51,458 nt of DNA, from the IMG/VR virus record IMGVR_UViG_3300028907_000006, positions 1-51,458 of that record, one strand, 5' to 3'. Below, piece after piece: positions 32,851 to 40,938 of the stretch. The notes beneath the pieces were generated by a model, which saw only the letters and a list, made by a program, of their open reading frames with translations, was not told the origin of the DNA and searched no databases. A program made the position numbers and the translations under genes. The first letter of the stretch is position 1; every line of letters begins with the position of its first letter. Source of the stretch: a virus.

Positions 32851-33227
32851 TATTCTCCTCCTCTCACAATTTCTGCTGACCCCAACGTTGATCCTTTTGG
32901 TGACAATTCCATGGCTTGCTCCATATATTTTTCTGTAATCAGCTCCTTGAAATCGCACCCATTCTCTTTCCAATCAATCCAGAATTTTGCGCTATTTTGT
33001 TGGGTAGCGAGGAGGATTACAGCTATTGTAAACCACTCGCTATTCTTTACATCATCGGGGTTGTGTTTTTTATTGGATATGCTCTCATGCGTGTTTAGGG
33101 CTGACCGAATAATCCTATGTCTAAACCCATCAATAATTTCCATTGCCGGTTCAACTAGGATTCCAAACAATCTCTCGGGATAATCATTCACCGTGTTTTC
33201 AAAATGTACTTCTACTGACCTCATCAT
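32850..33227 (-). CDS. Hypothetical protein, paralog of 33626..34024
   Basis: ATGATG at 33227/33224 after AAGGAGGAAAA. VHFENTVNDYP...IIRSALNTHESIS...FWIDWKENG parallels VEFKATVNDCG...IIKSSLDTHGDIS...FWVDWKNSN. Confidence 0.5.
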   Translation of the reverse strand: MMRSVEVHFENTVNDYPERLFGILVEPAMEIIDGFRHRIIRSALNTHESISNKKHNPDDVKNSEWFTIAVILLATQQNSAKFWIDWKENGCDFKELITEKYMEQAMELSPKGSTLGSAEIVRGGE

Positions 33228-33244
33228 TTTTCCTCCTTCTAACC

Positions 33245-33475
33245 TTAAATATCGTAGCACCAGCCGTAAGGAATAGGATTGTGTCCTTTGCCTATATGGT
33301 ATGAAAAGAGTAAACCGCCCACCTCCCAACCAGAACCTGCTACTATCGCTCCTTCATTCGTTAATCCCAACCAATATCCGGGCTTGAAGTTAAAATTTAA
33401 TGCTCGGAAATTCTCTTGTACCTGTACTTTGAACTTCAATTCTTTTATCCCCAAGTCAAAAACTCTTGTTCTCAA
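33245..33475 (-). CDS. Hypothetical protein (76 aa)
   Basis: First ORF after promoter P2; RBS AAGGAGGGAA. Confidence 0.5.
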   Translation of the reverse strand: MRTRVFDLGIKELKFKVQVQENFRALNFNFKPGYWLGLTNEGAIVAGSGWEVGGLLFSYHIGKGHNPIPYGWCYDI

Positions 33476-33525
33476 CGTTTTTCCCTCCTTATTTGGTTTT
33501 CAAAGTTCCCTCTCTTTCTATACTT

Positions 33526-33554
33526 ATTATAACTCGTTTACTCCGAAAAGTAAA
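33526..33554 (-). promoter_or_regulatory. Early promoter P2 (TTTACT-N17-TATAAT) within a reiterated cassette
   Basis: On the plus strand, attata lies at 33526-33531 and agtaaa at 33549-33554. The palindrome ATAACTCgTTTACT/AGTAAAGAGTTAT spans the spacer. Confidence 0.6.
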
Positions 33555-33594
33555 GAGTTATTTTGGAAAATTTTTGGAAATTTTTATGTATTTT

Positions 33595-33616
33595 GGGCGG
33601 TGCCGAAGCACCGCCC
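33595..33616 (-). other. GC-rich hairpin (9-bp stem; UUCG tetraloop on the minus-strand RNA) at the gene 3' end
   Basis: GGGCGGTGC-CGAA-GCACCGCCC. No downstream U-tract on the minus strand. Confidence 0.6.
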
Positions 33617-33625
33617 GGATTCGCT

Positions 33626-34024
33626 TTAGTGTAACCCTTCGGCCACCTCCACTTCATCATAATCGAAGTTTAGCGTGGTACCATATCCGTTGACCTCCAC
33701 TGACCCCAGGTATTGGTTCGGGGCCATTAATTCGTTGGTTCGCCGGAGTATTTCTGGCGGAGTCAGCTTCGAGAAATCGTTGGAGTTTTTCCAATCGACC
33801 CAAAACTTTGAGCTGACTTCTTCCGACACGAAAAGGATGATTGCTATTGTCATCTTTTCGCTCTCTCGGAGCATCTCCGGCATTGACTCCGAGATGTCTC
33901 CGTGGGTGTCTAGCGAAGATTTGATGATTGCCCTTCTCATGAGGTCGATCATCGGGGCTATCGCTTTGGGTAACCCACAATCGTTTACCGTTGCCTTGAA
34001 CTCCACCTTTACGTTGTTAGCCAT
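33626..34024 (-). CDS. Hypothetical protein, paralog of 32850..33227
   Basis: Single-gene unit between promoter P3 and the hairpin at 33595. Confidence 0.55.
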   Translation of the reverse strand: MANNVKVEFKATVNDCGLPKAIAPMIDLMRRAIIKSSLDTHGDISESMPEMLRESEKMTIAIILFVSEEVSSKFWVDWKNSNDFSKLTPPEILRRTNELMAPNQYLGSVEVNGYGTTLNFDYDEVEVAEGLH

Positions 34025-34071
34025 TTTTGTTTCCTCCTTCTTTGTATTTTTGTTTTTCCCTTGTTACTACA

Positions 34072-34100
34072 AGTATAACCTATATACTCTAAAAAGTAAA
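34072..34100 (-). promoter_or_regulatory. Early promoter P3 (TTTACT-N17-TATACT) within a reiterated cassette
   Basis: On the plus strand, agtata lies at 34072-34077 and agtaaa at 34095-34100. Confidence 0.6.
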
Positions 34101-34181
34101 TACCCATTTTGGAAAATTTTTGGAAAATTTTTGAAATTTTTCTGGCCTGTCTCATCGGCGGCGGTAGGCCATTTCCACCGG

Positions 34182-34199
34182 ACAGCCCGTGAGGGCTGT
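34182..34199 (-). other. GC-rich hairpin at the gene 3' end
   Basis: ACAGCCC-GTGA-GGGCTGT, 6 nt beyond the stop at 34205. Confidence 0.5.
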
Positions 34200-34204
34200 T
34201 TCGA

Positions 34205-34423
34205 CTATTCTTGGAGAAATTTCATGTCGGCAACTTCTCCAGTCATTTCCCCATTCCCTCTTTTATCCAGACAATCCTGGCATGGGACTTCCAATTGGAT
34301 ATAATCGTATCCAGACCCATCCTTTCTTGCCCTCGCCCAAAGTTCTACGTCATGAGACATTACCTTGATGTACTCGAACCCAGCCCGGTCCAACATCTCC
34401 GCTACCAGCCAATACTTAATCAT
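34205..34423 (-). CDS. Hypothetical protein (72 aa)
   Basis: ORF with RBS AAGGAGGATAC. Confidence 0.5.
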   Translation of the reverse strand: MIKYWLVAEMLDRAGFEYIKVMSHDVELWARARKDGSGYDYIQLEVPCQDCLDKRGNGEMTGEVADMKFLQE

Positions 34424-34464
34424 TTTTGTATCCTCCTTTGTTTTATTTGAGGCGGTGGGTTGGC

Positions 34465-34956
34465 TTACGCCAACTCCACCTTATTTGCGAACCGGGGATT
34501 TTTAGCGTTGATTTGTTGTAAGGTTTCTTCATCGAACACCAGGATTTTTCCGGTGGAATTATCCGATTGGCCGGCTTTGGTATTGACGTAGATTCTTCCA
34601 TTCTCGATTCGCTCCACCGGGAATCTTCCAATCACCATCCCGGTGAATGCCTTCAAGATAACTTCTTTGGGTTGTTTTTTGGCTTGAATCCGGGGTTGCG
34701 CTTGATGGTTAGCGATTTTACATTTGCTACAGATCGTATCCAATTTCGGGTTGGCATTTTTTCCTTTGTATTCGCACCCGCACGCCCAAGTTTTCTTTTT
34801 CATTTTCTTTTCCTCCTTATTAGCTTTTTGAATTTGGAATATTTCACTTTCTTGAAGTTCTTTCTCTATCGCTTGGTCCACTACTTTTTTGCTAGCCATT
34901 CCAATCTCCTCCTCCACGATTTGATTCCATTGCTTCGGAAACATCCTTTTCGTCAT
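34465..34956 (-). CDS. Hypothetical protein: Lys-rich N-terminus, Cys4 zinc ribbon, C-terminal KNPRFAN-motif domain
   Basis: CGCEY...CSKCK, and FTGMVIGRFPV...FDEETLQQINAKNPRFANKV, which is shared with 31590..32015. Confidence 0.55.
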   Translation of the reverse strand: MTKRMFPKQWNQIVEEEIGMASKKVVDQAIEKELQESEIFQIQKANKEEKKMKKKTWACGCEYKGKNANPKLDTICSKCKIANHQAQPRIQAKKQPKEVILKAFTGMVIGRFPVERIENGRIYVNTKAGQSDNSTGKILVFDEETLQQINAKNPRFANKVELA

Positions 34957-34982
34957 TTTTTCATTCCCTCCTTGTTACTCTT

Positions 34983-35011
34983 ATTATATTCGATATACTT
35001 CTAAAAGTAAA
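34983..35011 (-). promoter_or_regulatory. Early promoter P4 (TTTACT-N17-TATAAT)
   Basis: On the plus strand, attata lies at 34983-34988 and agtaaa at 35006-35011. Confidence 0.55.
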
Positions 35012-35054
35012 TACCTTTTTTGGAAATTTTTATGTATTTTTTGTTTTTATTTTT

Positions 35055-35076
35055 GGGGCTGGTGTTACCCAGCCCC
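35055..35076 (-). other. GC-rich hairpin at the gene 3' end
   Basis: GGGGCTGG-TGTTAC-CCAGCCCC. An A-rich tract follows on the minus strand. Confidence 0.55.
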
Positions 35077-35083
35077 ACCCTTG

Positions 35084-35272
35084 CTACTTGGAGATTTTCT
35101 TTTGGTACTCTTGCACCAGATTCTCGGAAATCTCCACCACCTTACAAACTAGGATTGTCCTTACTTGTTCCGGGAGTTCCCACCATCCGTCCGGGCCAAC
35201 TGCCTCTTGAACTTCTTGTAAAATCTCCTTCGCTGTATAGAGTTCGATTTCCAACCGCTTGATGTAGTTCAT
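35084..35272 (-). CDS. Hypothetical protein (62 aa)
   Basis: Single-gene unit between P5 and the hairpin. Confidence 0.5.
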   Translation of the reverse strand: MNYIKRLEIELYTAKEILQEVQEAVGPDGWWELPEQVRTILVCKVVEISENLVQEYQKKISK

Positions 35273-35309
35273 TTTTTCTTCCTCCTTTTGTTTTTCCCTT
35301 GTTACTACA

Positions 35310-35338
35310 AGTATAACTTACTTACTCTAAAAAGTAAA
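35310..35338 (-). promoter_or_regulatory. Early promoter P5 (TTTACT-N17-TATACT) within a reiterated cassette
   Basis: On the plus strand, agtata lies at 35310-35315 and agtaaa at 35333-35338. Confidence 0.6.
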
Positions 35339-35417
35339 TACCCATTTTGGAAAATTTTTGGAAATTTTTTGGAAATTTTTTGTTTTTGGGCGGGAGCTAA
35401 ACTAGCCCCCACAATTA

Positions 35418-35594
35418 TTATTTCCCTTCTAATGCTTTCAGATATTCTTGGACGTATTCTTGATGGGTTTTTCTTGCTATCTCCTTTATTGTTTCTGGCA
35501 CATATTCCCACTCCGGGCTATCCATCATCCGTGTAATCATAACTCCTACGGCATATGTCCTATTCATGGCCGCATAACGTTTGTCGTCATTCAT
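35418..35594 (-). CDS. Hypothetical protein (58 aa); not in the ORF track
   Basis: My translation: MNDDKRYAAMNRTYAVGVMITRMMDSPEWEYVPETIKEIARKTHQEYVQEYLKALEGK. RBS GGGAGGAAATAAAATG. It abuts the stop of 35596..35778. Confidence 0.5.
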   Translation of the reverse strand: MNDDKRYAAMNRTYAVGVMITRMMDSPEWEYVPETIKEIARKTHQEYVQEYLKALEGK

Positions 35595-35595
35595 T

Positions 35596-35778
35596 TTATT
35601 TCCTCCCTTCTTTTTGGCACTTCGGGCAAATCCGGCCTGGGATATAAACTGGGGCTTTTTTGTTGTATTCGGGTTCGTAGGTGCATCCGCATTTGTAGAT
35701 ATTCCATCCGCTAACTACCTTCAACGCTGCTGGACTTAATGTTATCCCCAGTTTTTCGTTGGTACATTTGAAGCTCAT
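35596..35778 (-). CDS. Zinc-ribbon protein (60 aa)
   Basis: CGCTYE...CPKCQ; first ORF after P6. Confidence 0.5.
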   Translation of the reverse strand: MSFKCTNEKLGITLSPAALKVVSGWNIYKCGCTYEPEYNKKAPVYIPGRICPKCQKEGRK

Positions 35779-35811
35779 TTTTTCTTCCTCCTTGTTTCTC
35801 TTGTTACTACA

Positions 35812-35840
35812 AGTATAACTCGTTTACTCCGAAAAGTAAA
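35812..35840 (-). promoter_or_regulatory. Early promoter P6 (TTTACT-N17-TATACT) within a reiterated cassette
   Basis: On the plus strand, agtata lies at 35812-35817 and agtaaa at 35835-35840. Confidence 0.6.
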
Positions 35841-35876
35841 GAGTTATTTTGTAAATTTTTTGAAAATTTTAGGGAG

Positions 35877-37586
35877 TCATTTGACTCCCCAAGCTCCTAC
35901 AGAAATTTCAACATCCAGCGGCACTTTTAGTTGTATATCAAAATGCTCTAATACTTCTGGGCGAATCATGATTTCTCTTATCTCCTTGCTGGCTTGTTTT
36001 ACATATTCCTTTGGTAGATCAATCAAGATCGAGTCATGAATTGTACCCACAATTTTTAGATCGTATTTTGAACGGAGCTTTTTGGATATTTCAACGGCGG
36101 CCAACAGAAGAAGATCGTTGGCGGTACTCTGAACTGGAGTATTAATGGCTTGACGAATGGCTTTGCCCCGCAAATATTGGTCTTGATTATAAATGTCTGG
36201 TATGGGGCGAAACCGACCAAACATATTGGCGATTCCTCCCAGAGATTCACAAAGTATTTCCATATTTTTGTGCCATTTCAATAGGTTGGGATATTTGTGG
36301 AAAAACAATTGTCTGTATCGTTCGGCTTCGGCCAAGGACACCACTGTATCGTAACTGTCGAAGGCATAATTCACAAATCCTTTAGCGGCCATACCATACA
36401 AAAATCCAAAATTTACGGCTTTGGCTCTTGTACGGTATTCTCCCTTGACTTGAGCGGCGGACAACCCAGTTATTGACTGGGCGGTCAATGTATGAATATC
36501 TCCTCCCTCATGGTAAATTTTTAACATGTTTCTTTCATTCGCATATTCGGCGGCTATTCTCAATTCTATTTGGGAATAGTCCACCTCAATCAATGCCCTA
36601 TGGGGCGGTGCTGTAAATAACCCACGCAATTCTGGTTTTCTCGGAACTTGTTGTAAATTAGGGTCGGAGCAACTTGTGCGGCCAGTTACTACGTTGGTTA
36701 GATGGAACGTTGGGTGAATTCTACCGTCGTGGCGAATGTACTTCGGCCATGCGTTTAAGAATTTGCTGTTGGCTCCATAGTAAAATTTGTAGTCCATTAG
36801 TTGCTCTGCTAGCGTGAATCCCTTAGCCCGCAAACGTCGGAGAACTTTGGCATCAGCTGAGGGGCTACCAGTTTTTTGAGACAATTTAATCGTGGGGAAA
36901 TTTAACTGGTTGAATAATAAATCGGACACTTGCTTGGGGCTATTCCAATTTATAGGGTGTTGGTCGTTTAACACTTGTAATTTGGCGTCGGCTTCTTTTT
37001 TGTACCTTTGTTGGGTAATTTTTAATGATTCTTGATCCAGATAGATTCCATCGGATTCGGCTTGGCGGTACATCAAATATGCCGGTCTGAGAATCTTATG
37101 GTAAGATTTCCATTGACCCGGGTTCATTCTTTTGTGAAAATATTGGAATAATTCCCAAGTATATTGGAGATCCAACTTTAGGTACTCCACAACTTGCTCG
37201 GATTTTTCCAGCTTCAGCTTTTTGCCTACATCCCAATTTTCCACTCCGAGATAGCGTTGAGCCATGTCCTTTAGTCCGTGGGGCACGGACAAATCATATG
37301 CTGTGCCGAGCAACATAACATCGTAGTGTATGGGTAATTTTAGTTTCAAGTGCCTCTCCATAAAAAGTGTATCGAATTTCCCATTCTGAAAGACAGTTCT
37401 AGACTTTTGACTCCTAATATTACCCATCAACCGAAGTAGATGGCCCGTCTCATATGGGATTTCGTATATGTTATATGACTTTAGCGGCTCTTGAATTGAC
37501 TCAGCCAGCCCTACGCCCACATAATTTATCATGTCTTTATATCGGTCCAAGCCTGTGGTTTCTATGTCTATGACGGCGTATTTCAT
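35877..37586 (-). CDS. Family-A DNA polymerase with an N-terminal 3'-5' exonuclease domain
   Basis: YAVIDIETTGLD (Exo I), DYSQIELRIAAE (motif A), RTRAKAVNFGFLYGM (motif B), GTIHDSILID (motif C). The ATG at 37586 overlaps the primase stop (ATGA). Confidence 0.9.
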   Translation of the reverse strand: MKYAVIDIETTGLDRYKDMINYVGVGLAESIQEPLKSYNIYEIPYETGHLLRLMGNIRSQKSRTVFQNGKFDTLFMERHLKLKLPIHYDVMLLGTAYDLSVPHGLKDMAQRYLGVENWDVGKKLKLEKSEQVVEYLKLDLQYTWELFQYFHKRMNPGQWKSYHKILRPAYLMYRQAESDGIYLDQESLKITQQRYKKEADAKLQVLNDQHPINWNSPKQVSDLLFNQLNFPTIKLSQKTGSPSADAKVLRRLRAKGFTLAEQLMDYKFYYGANSKFLNAWPKYIRHDGRIHPTFHLTNVVTGRTSCSDPNLQQVPRKPELRGLFTAPPHRALIEVDYSQIELRIAAEYANERNMLKIYHEGGDIHTLTAQSITGLSAAQVKGEYRTRAKAVNFGFLYGMAAKGFVNYAFDSYDTVVSLAEAERYRQLFFHKYPNLLKWHKNMEILCESLGGIANMFGRFRPIPDIYNQDQYLRGKAIRQAINTPVQSTANDLLLLAAVEISKKLRSKYDLKIVGTIHDSILIDLPKEYVKQASKEIREIMIRPEVLEHFDIQLKVPLDVEISVGAWGVK

Positions 37587-39517
37587 TGTACGTTGCCCCT
37601 TTCCATTCCAATACCTTTCCATATAGCTTCGCCAGATTTTGGGTGTCTAGCTTCTCTATAAGTTGTCTTCATGTATCGGTTGAAGTCATGGTATTTCTCT
37701 GGCTGTCGTCCAGTTGCTAGACAATAATTTACATACGATTCATACATTACACGCTTTACTACGATAAAGTTATTTGCTACTACGCATTTTTGTTTTACAT
37801 AAGCGTGTATGGAATCGCTATCTTGCCTTAGCATATCCACCAGAGCTTTACTGGATTTTGGATTCGGCATAGTCTTTAAGGGAAGAAAACTCAATATGTG
37901 CGGCAATACAGATTCTATATTCTTGGAGGAACACAATTTATTTACATAATCGTTGTTAAGCCTCAAGGCGTGTGGCATAGCCAATATTCTCATGCGCTCG
38001 TAGAACGCATCTGACTTCTCCTCCAATTGTAGCGGTAATTGATTAAAGGAGAAAACCAATTTGGCGAATGACACAAAAAAGAATGGGTCTTTGCCCTTCT
38101 TCTCATGCATGATATGATCTCCACCAGTTATTTTCTTTATATTGTCTATGGAGCTTAGTGGTAGGGATGAGTTGTCGGCGCAAGAGTTTAGGAGCTTTCC
38201 ATACAGTTGTGATGGGTAAAATTTTCTGTTAAGATCGTGCATAGACAAGGAGCTTACATTTTTAGCCCCCACCAACGATTCCATGAATCTTATGAGTACA
38301 GATTTTCCAGTATTGGATGGCCCGACCAGAGTCAAAAAAGTCTTCAACCCACGGTCGGAAATCAATGTATAAGCCATGTACGACATCAACAATTCTAACT
38401 CCGGGGGCAACAATTTTACTTCTCCAACCAGAAAATCGTACAACATGGTGTTCTCAAAAACTTTATTGGTTGGAGTATAGTTGTGAGGAATTTGTATCAT
38501 CTGCAGATATTTTTTGTCGTGAGGCAACAACTCCTTACGGCGTATATCCCAAACACCGTTGAGAAAATTTATCAAATTTTTGTCTGCGTCTAAGCTGCTA
38601 GACGATTGTTGTAATTCTGGCTCTTTTAACAAGAGCTTAAATACATCAGAAATTCTTGCGTGGGTAATTAGGTGTGGTGCTACTACCAGTTCTTGGATAA
38701 TTTTTTGTACTTCTAGGCTGGACTCTCGGAACACTCCTTTGTGGTATTTGTATACTTCATTACCCATTACAAACACTTCCCGGCTGTCCTTAAAGTAATC
38801 CACAATTGCTCGGGCATTTATCTGGGCTGGCACTCCTTTGGCGTTATAGAGTACAAATGGATTGTCTCCGGCCACCTCATAGCGTTGCGTGTTGTTAAGT
38901 ATTTTTTCAAGCTCCTCCGGGCTCATGGGTTCTTCAAACACAATCTTGTTGATGATATCCGCCATAGCCCGAAGTTGATTTTCACTGGCCCCAGATCGCT
39001 TATAAGCCATCAAGTGCGTAAATAATTTGGCGTTTCTTCCATCTCCTTCTTTTAAGTTGTAAAGAGATTCGCATTTGATTTGAATGACTGTAAATTCTAG
39101 TGGAAGAGGAGCTATTTGTTTGGAGTTGTTGAATTTTCTTCCTTCGGTGCCGTAGGGCAAAATTACATACCCTTTTTTAGCCACTCGGTAGTCACATTTT
39201 AATCCACAAGGAAGAATCATTCCAACCTTTTGCTTGTACTGGGTATCGGTCTCAAAATATAGGTGTAATCCCTTTGGCGTTTCTGCCGTAAGAGTATCTA
39301 TTCCCAACGCTTTTATAACTCTCTTGGCTTTGTCCTTGCCCTCATCTATGTCTACTACAATATATCCTTTTCTAACCCACCAGCCTATTTGCCCTCCATT
39401 ATTTACGTGGGCTTTTGCTTTGAATACGTTGATTACATCCCGGTCAATTCGCTCTTTGCCCCGGCAACGCACATAAGAATCTCCACCAATTAGCTCGTCA
39501 AATTCTTCGATTCGCAT
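37583..39517 (-). CDS. Bifunctional primase-polymerase / SF3 (D5/P4-type) helicase
   Basis: The N-terminal prim-pol-like region has GYIVVDIDEGKD. The C-terminal Walker A is LTLVGPSNTGKS with D5_N-like spacing. Confidence 0.8.
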   Translation of the reverse strand: MRIEEFDELIGGDSYVRCRGKERIDRDVINVFKAKAHVNNGGQIGWWVRKGYIVVDIDEGKDKAKRVIKALGIDTLTAETPKGLHLYFETDTQYKQKVGMILPCGLKCDYRVAKKGYVILPYGTEGRKFNNSKQIAPLPLEFTVIQIKCESLYNLKEGDGRNAKLFTHLMAYKRSGASENQLRAMADIINKIVFEEPMSPEELEKILNNTQRYEVAGDNPFVLYNAKGVPAQINARAIVDYFKDSREVFVMGNEVYKYHKGVFRESSLEVQKIIQELVVAPHLITHARISDVFKLLLKEPELQQSSSSLDADKNLINFLNGVWDIRRKELLPHDKKYLQMIQIPHNYTPTNKVFENTMLYDFLVGEVKLLPPELELLMSYMAYTLISDRGLKTFLTLVGPSNTGKSVLIRFMESLVGAKNVSSLSMHDLNRKFYPSQLYGKLLNSCADNSSLPLSSIDNIKKITGGDHIMHEKKGKDPFFFVSFAKLVFSFNQLPLQLEEKSDAFYERMRILAMPHALRLNNDYVNKLCSSKNIESVLPHILSFLPLKTMPNPKSSKALVDMLRQDSDSIHAYVKQKCVVANNFIVVKRVMYESYVNYCLATGRQPEKYHDFNRYMKTTYREARHPKSGEAIWKGIGMERGNVQ

Positions 39518-39870
39518 CCATCCACCGCCCTGTCTATTGTTGTAGTATACATGGTAGAATCTGGTGTATTCAACCAGCGTTCTAGACGTAGCATTTTGTT
39601 ATCTATGGCCTGAAACAACTCGTAGGAGTTAAAGTTGAATATCATCATTACATGATTCATGACTATAAATACATCCGCTAATTCATCCAGAACTTTATCG
39701 TGTAAATTAGTTTGGGCGGCTTCGTGGTTTGGATATCTGGGGTATTTAGCCAACACTGCGGCCAGCTCGTTCAACTCCTCTATCGCTACCATAATCTGGT
39801 TATTGAATCCATACAGTTGTTGGGCTTTAGACAATACCTTCTTCAGATACTCCGGGCTGTACTCAATCAT
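39490..39870 (-). CDS. MazG-like all-alpha nucleoside-triphosphate pyrophosphohydrolase
   Basis: VAIEELNELAAVLAKY...LDELADVFIVMNHV carries the EExxE...D metal-binding helices of the MazG/dUTPase-like family. Confidence 0.65.
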   Translation of the reverse strand: MIEYSPEYLKKVLSKAQQLYGFNNQIMVAIEELNELAAVLAKYPRYPNHEAAQTNLHDKVLDELADVFIVMNHVMMIFNFNSYELFQAIDNKMLRLERWLNTPDSTMYTTTIDRAVDGCESKNLTS

Positions 39871-40342
39871 TTCTGTCCTCCTCCGAATAGCTGGAAAAAT
39901 GTACTACATTGACGTGGCCCGATTCTAATATGTTTTGAGTTTGTTGAGAGATCGGTTGCTGGCGCCCATAATACACGTTCGAGATTCCAGCTAACACGAT
40001 TGCCCGGGCACACGCTTCGCAAGGGTATCGAGTTACATACAGCCAACAACCGGTCAAATCTTGTTTGGCGTTGATTATGGCGTCTATCTCCGCATGAACG
40101 CTTCTACAATCGGAGGGCAGTCTGTGATTTTTGCTGTCGTCACCGTATTTGTCCTGGCGCATACAACTGTACGTGCATGACGGCACGGACACATTAGCCC
40201 CGAAGGATATGATTCTGGCGTCGTTTTTGTGCTGGGTTCGATTGTAACGAACTATGACCGCCCCTACAGACACCTTTCTACAAGTGGATTGCATGCCAGC
40301 ATACTGAGCGGCCAGCTCCATTAGTTTTTTAGTTGTAACCAT
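39863..40342 (-). CDS. dCMP deaminase
   Basis: Zinc motifs VHAEIDAI and PCEACARAI, with size typical of ComEB/T4 cd-type deaminases. Confidence 0.85.
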   Translation of the reverse strand: MVTTKKLMELAAQYAGMQSTCRKVSVGAVIVRYNRTQHKNDARIISFGANVSVPSCTYSCMRQDKYGDDSKNHRLPSDCRSVHAEIDAIINAKQDLTGCWLYVTRYPCEACARAIVLAGISNVYYGRQQPISQQTQNILESGHVNVVHFSSYSEEDRND

Positions 40343-40938
40343 ATTTCCTCCTTTATCTGGCGTGGGGTTATTTTCTGGTCTGTATAATATCCTCCGGTAG
40401 CAACCATGTAATCGCTAGGCGGCCATTGTATCGGGATTTTGAATACATCTTCTGTGAGAGAGCATACATTTACGCCTGTGGCTTCGAGCTGGTATGACGG
40501 GTTTTTACACTTTTTGGTTTTGGTGTATTGGCACCCAGCGCACCCACCTACTCTGAAATATTTTCCATTTGGATAAGATATTGAGAGAGATCGAGAGAGC
40601 TTATTGAGAGCATTTCGGGTCAAGTAGTGGAGCCCAGTACGCATAAAGTACAGTCTTGACTTGGATGCGTCAACTTTCGGGTACACAGGAAAATAGTCTT
40701 TGGAGTGAGCGATGACGCATATTATATAGAAGCAATTTTTTCTCGGCATATTGCCGAACAGAGGAGTTTTTGGGGGGCAACATGGACGGTTATTAAAGTT
40801 AGCGCACTGGTGGTCGTGGGTACACCACCAAGTTTGTTGCTCGGGCTCATAGTGTTGGAGGATTCTCTCGGGAGTTATGCGGGTACATAATACTTGGTAT
40901 TTGACTCCTGCTTTTGACTCCAGTTGTAGCGAGATCAT
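40321..40938 (-). CDS. Cys-rich putative metal-binding protein (DUF2284-like?)
   Basis: CANFNNRPCCPP and GGCAGCQ motifs. The family assignment is tentative and from memory. Confidence 0.4.
   Translation of the reverse strand: MISLQLESKAGVKYQVLCTRITPERILQHYEPEQQTWWCTHDHQCANFNNRPCCPPKTPLFGNMPRKNCFYIICVIAHSKDYFPVYPKVDASKSRLYFMRTGLHYLTRNALNKLSRSLSISYPNGKYFRVGGCAGCQYTKTKKCKNPSYQLEATGVNVCSLTEDVFKIPIQWPPSDYMVATGGYYTDQKITPRQIKEEIWLQLKN

Noticed and set aside
35305-35511. 68-aa minus-strand ORF from the ORF track
   Set aside because: It runs through the conserved promoter cassette P5 and its A-tract repeats and lacks an RBS. The 58-aa ORF at 35418..35594 has a strong RBS and explains the region better.
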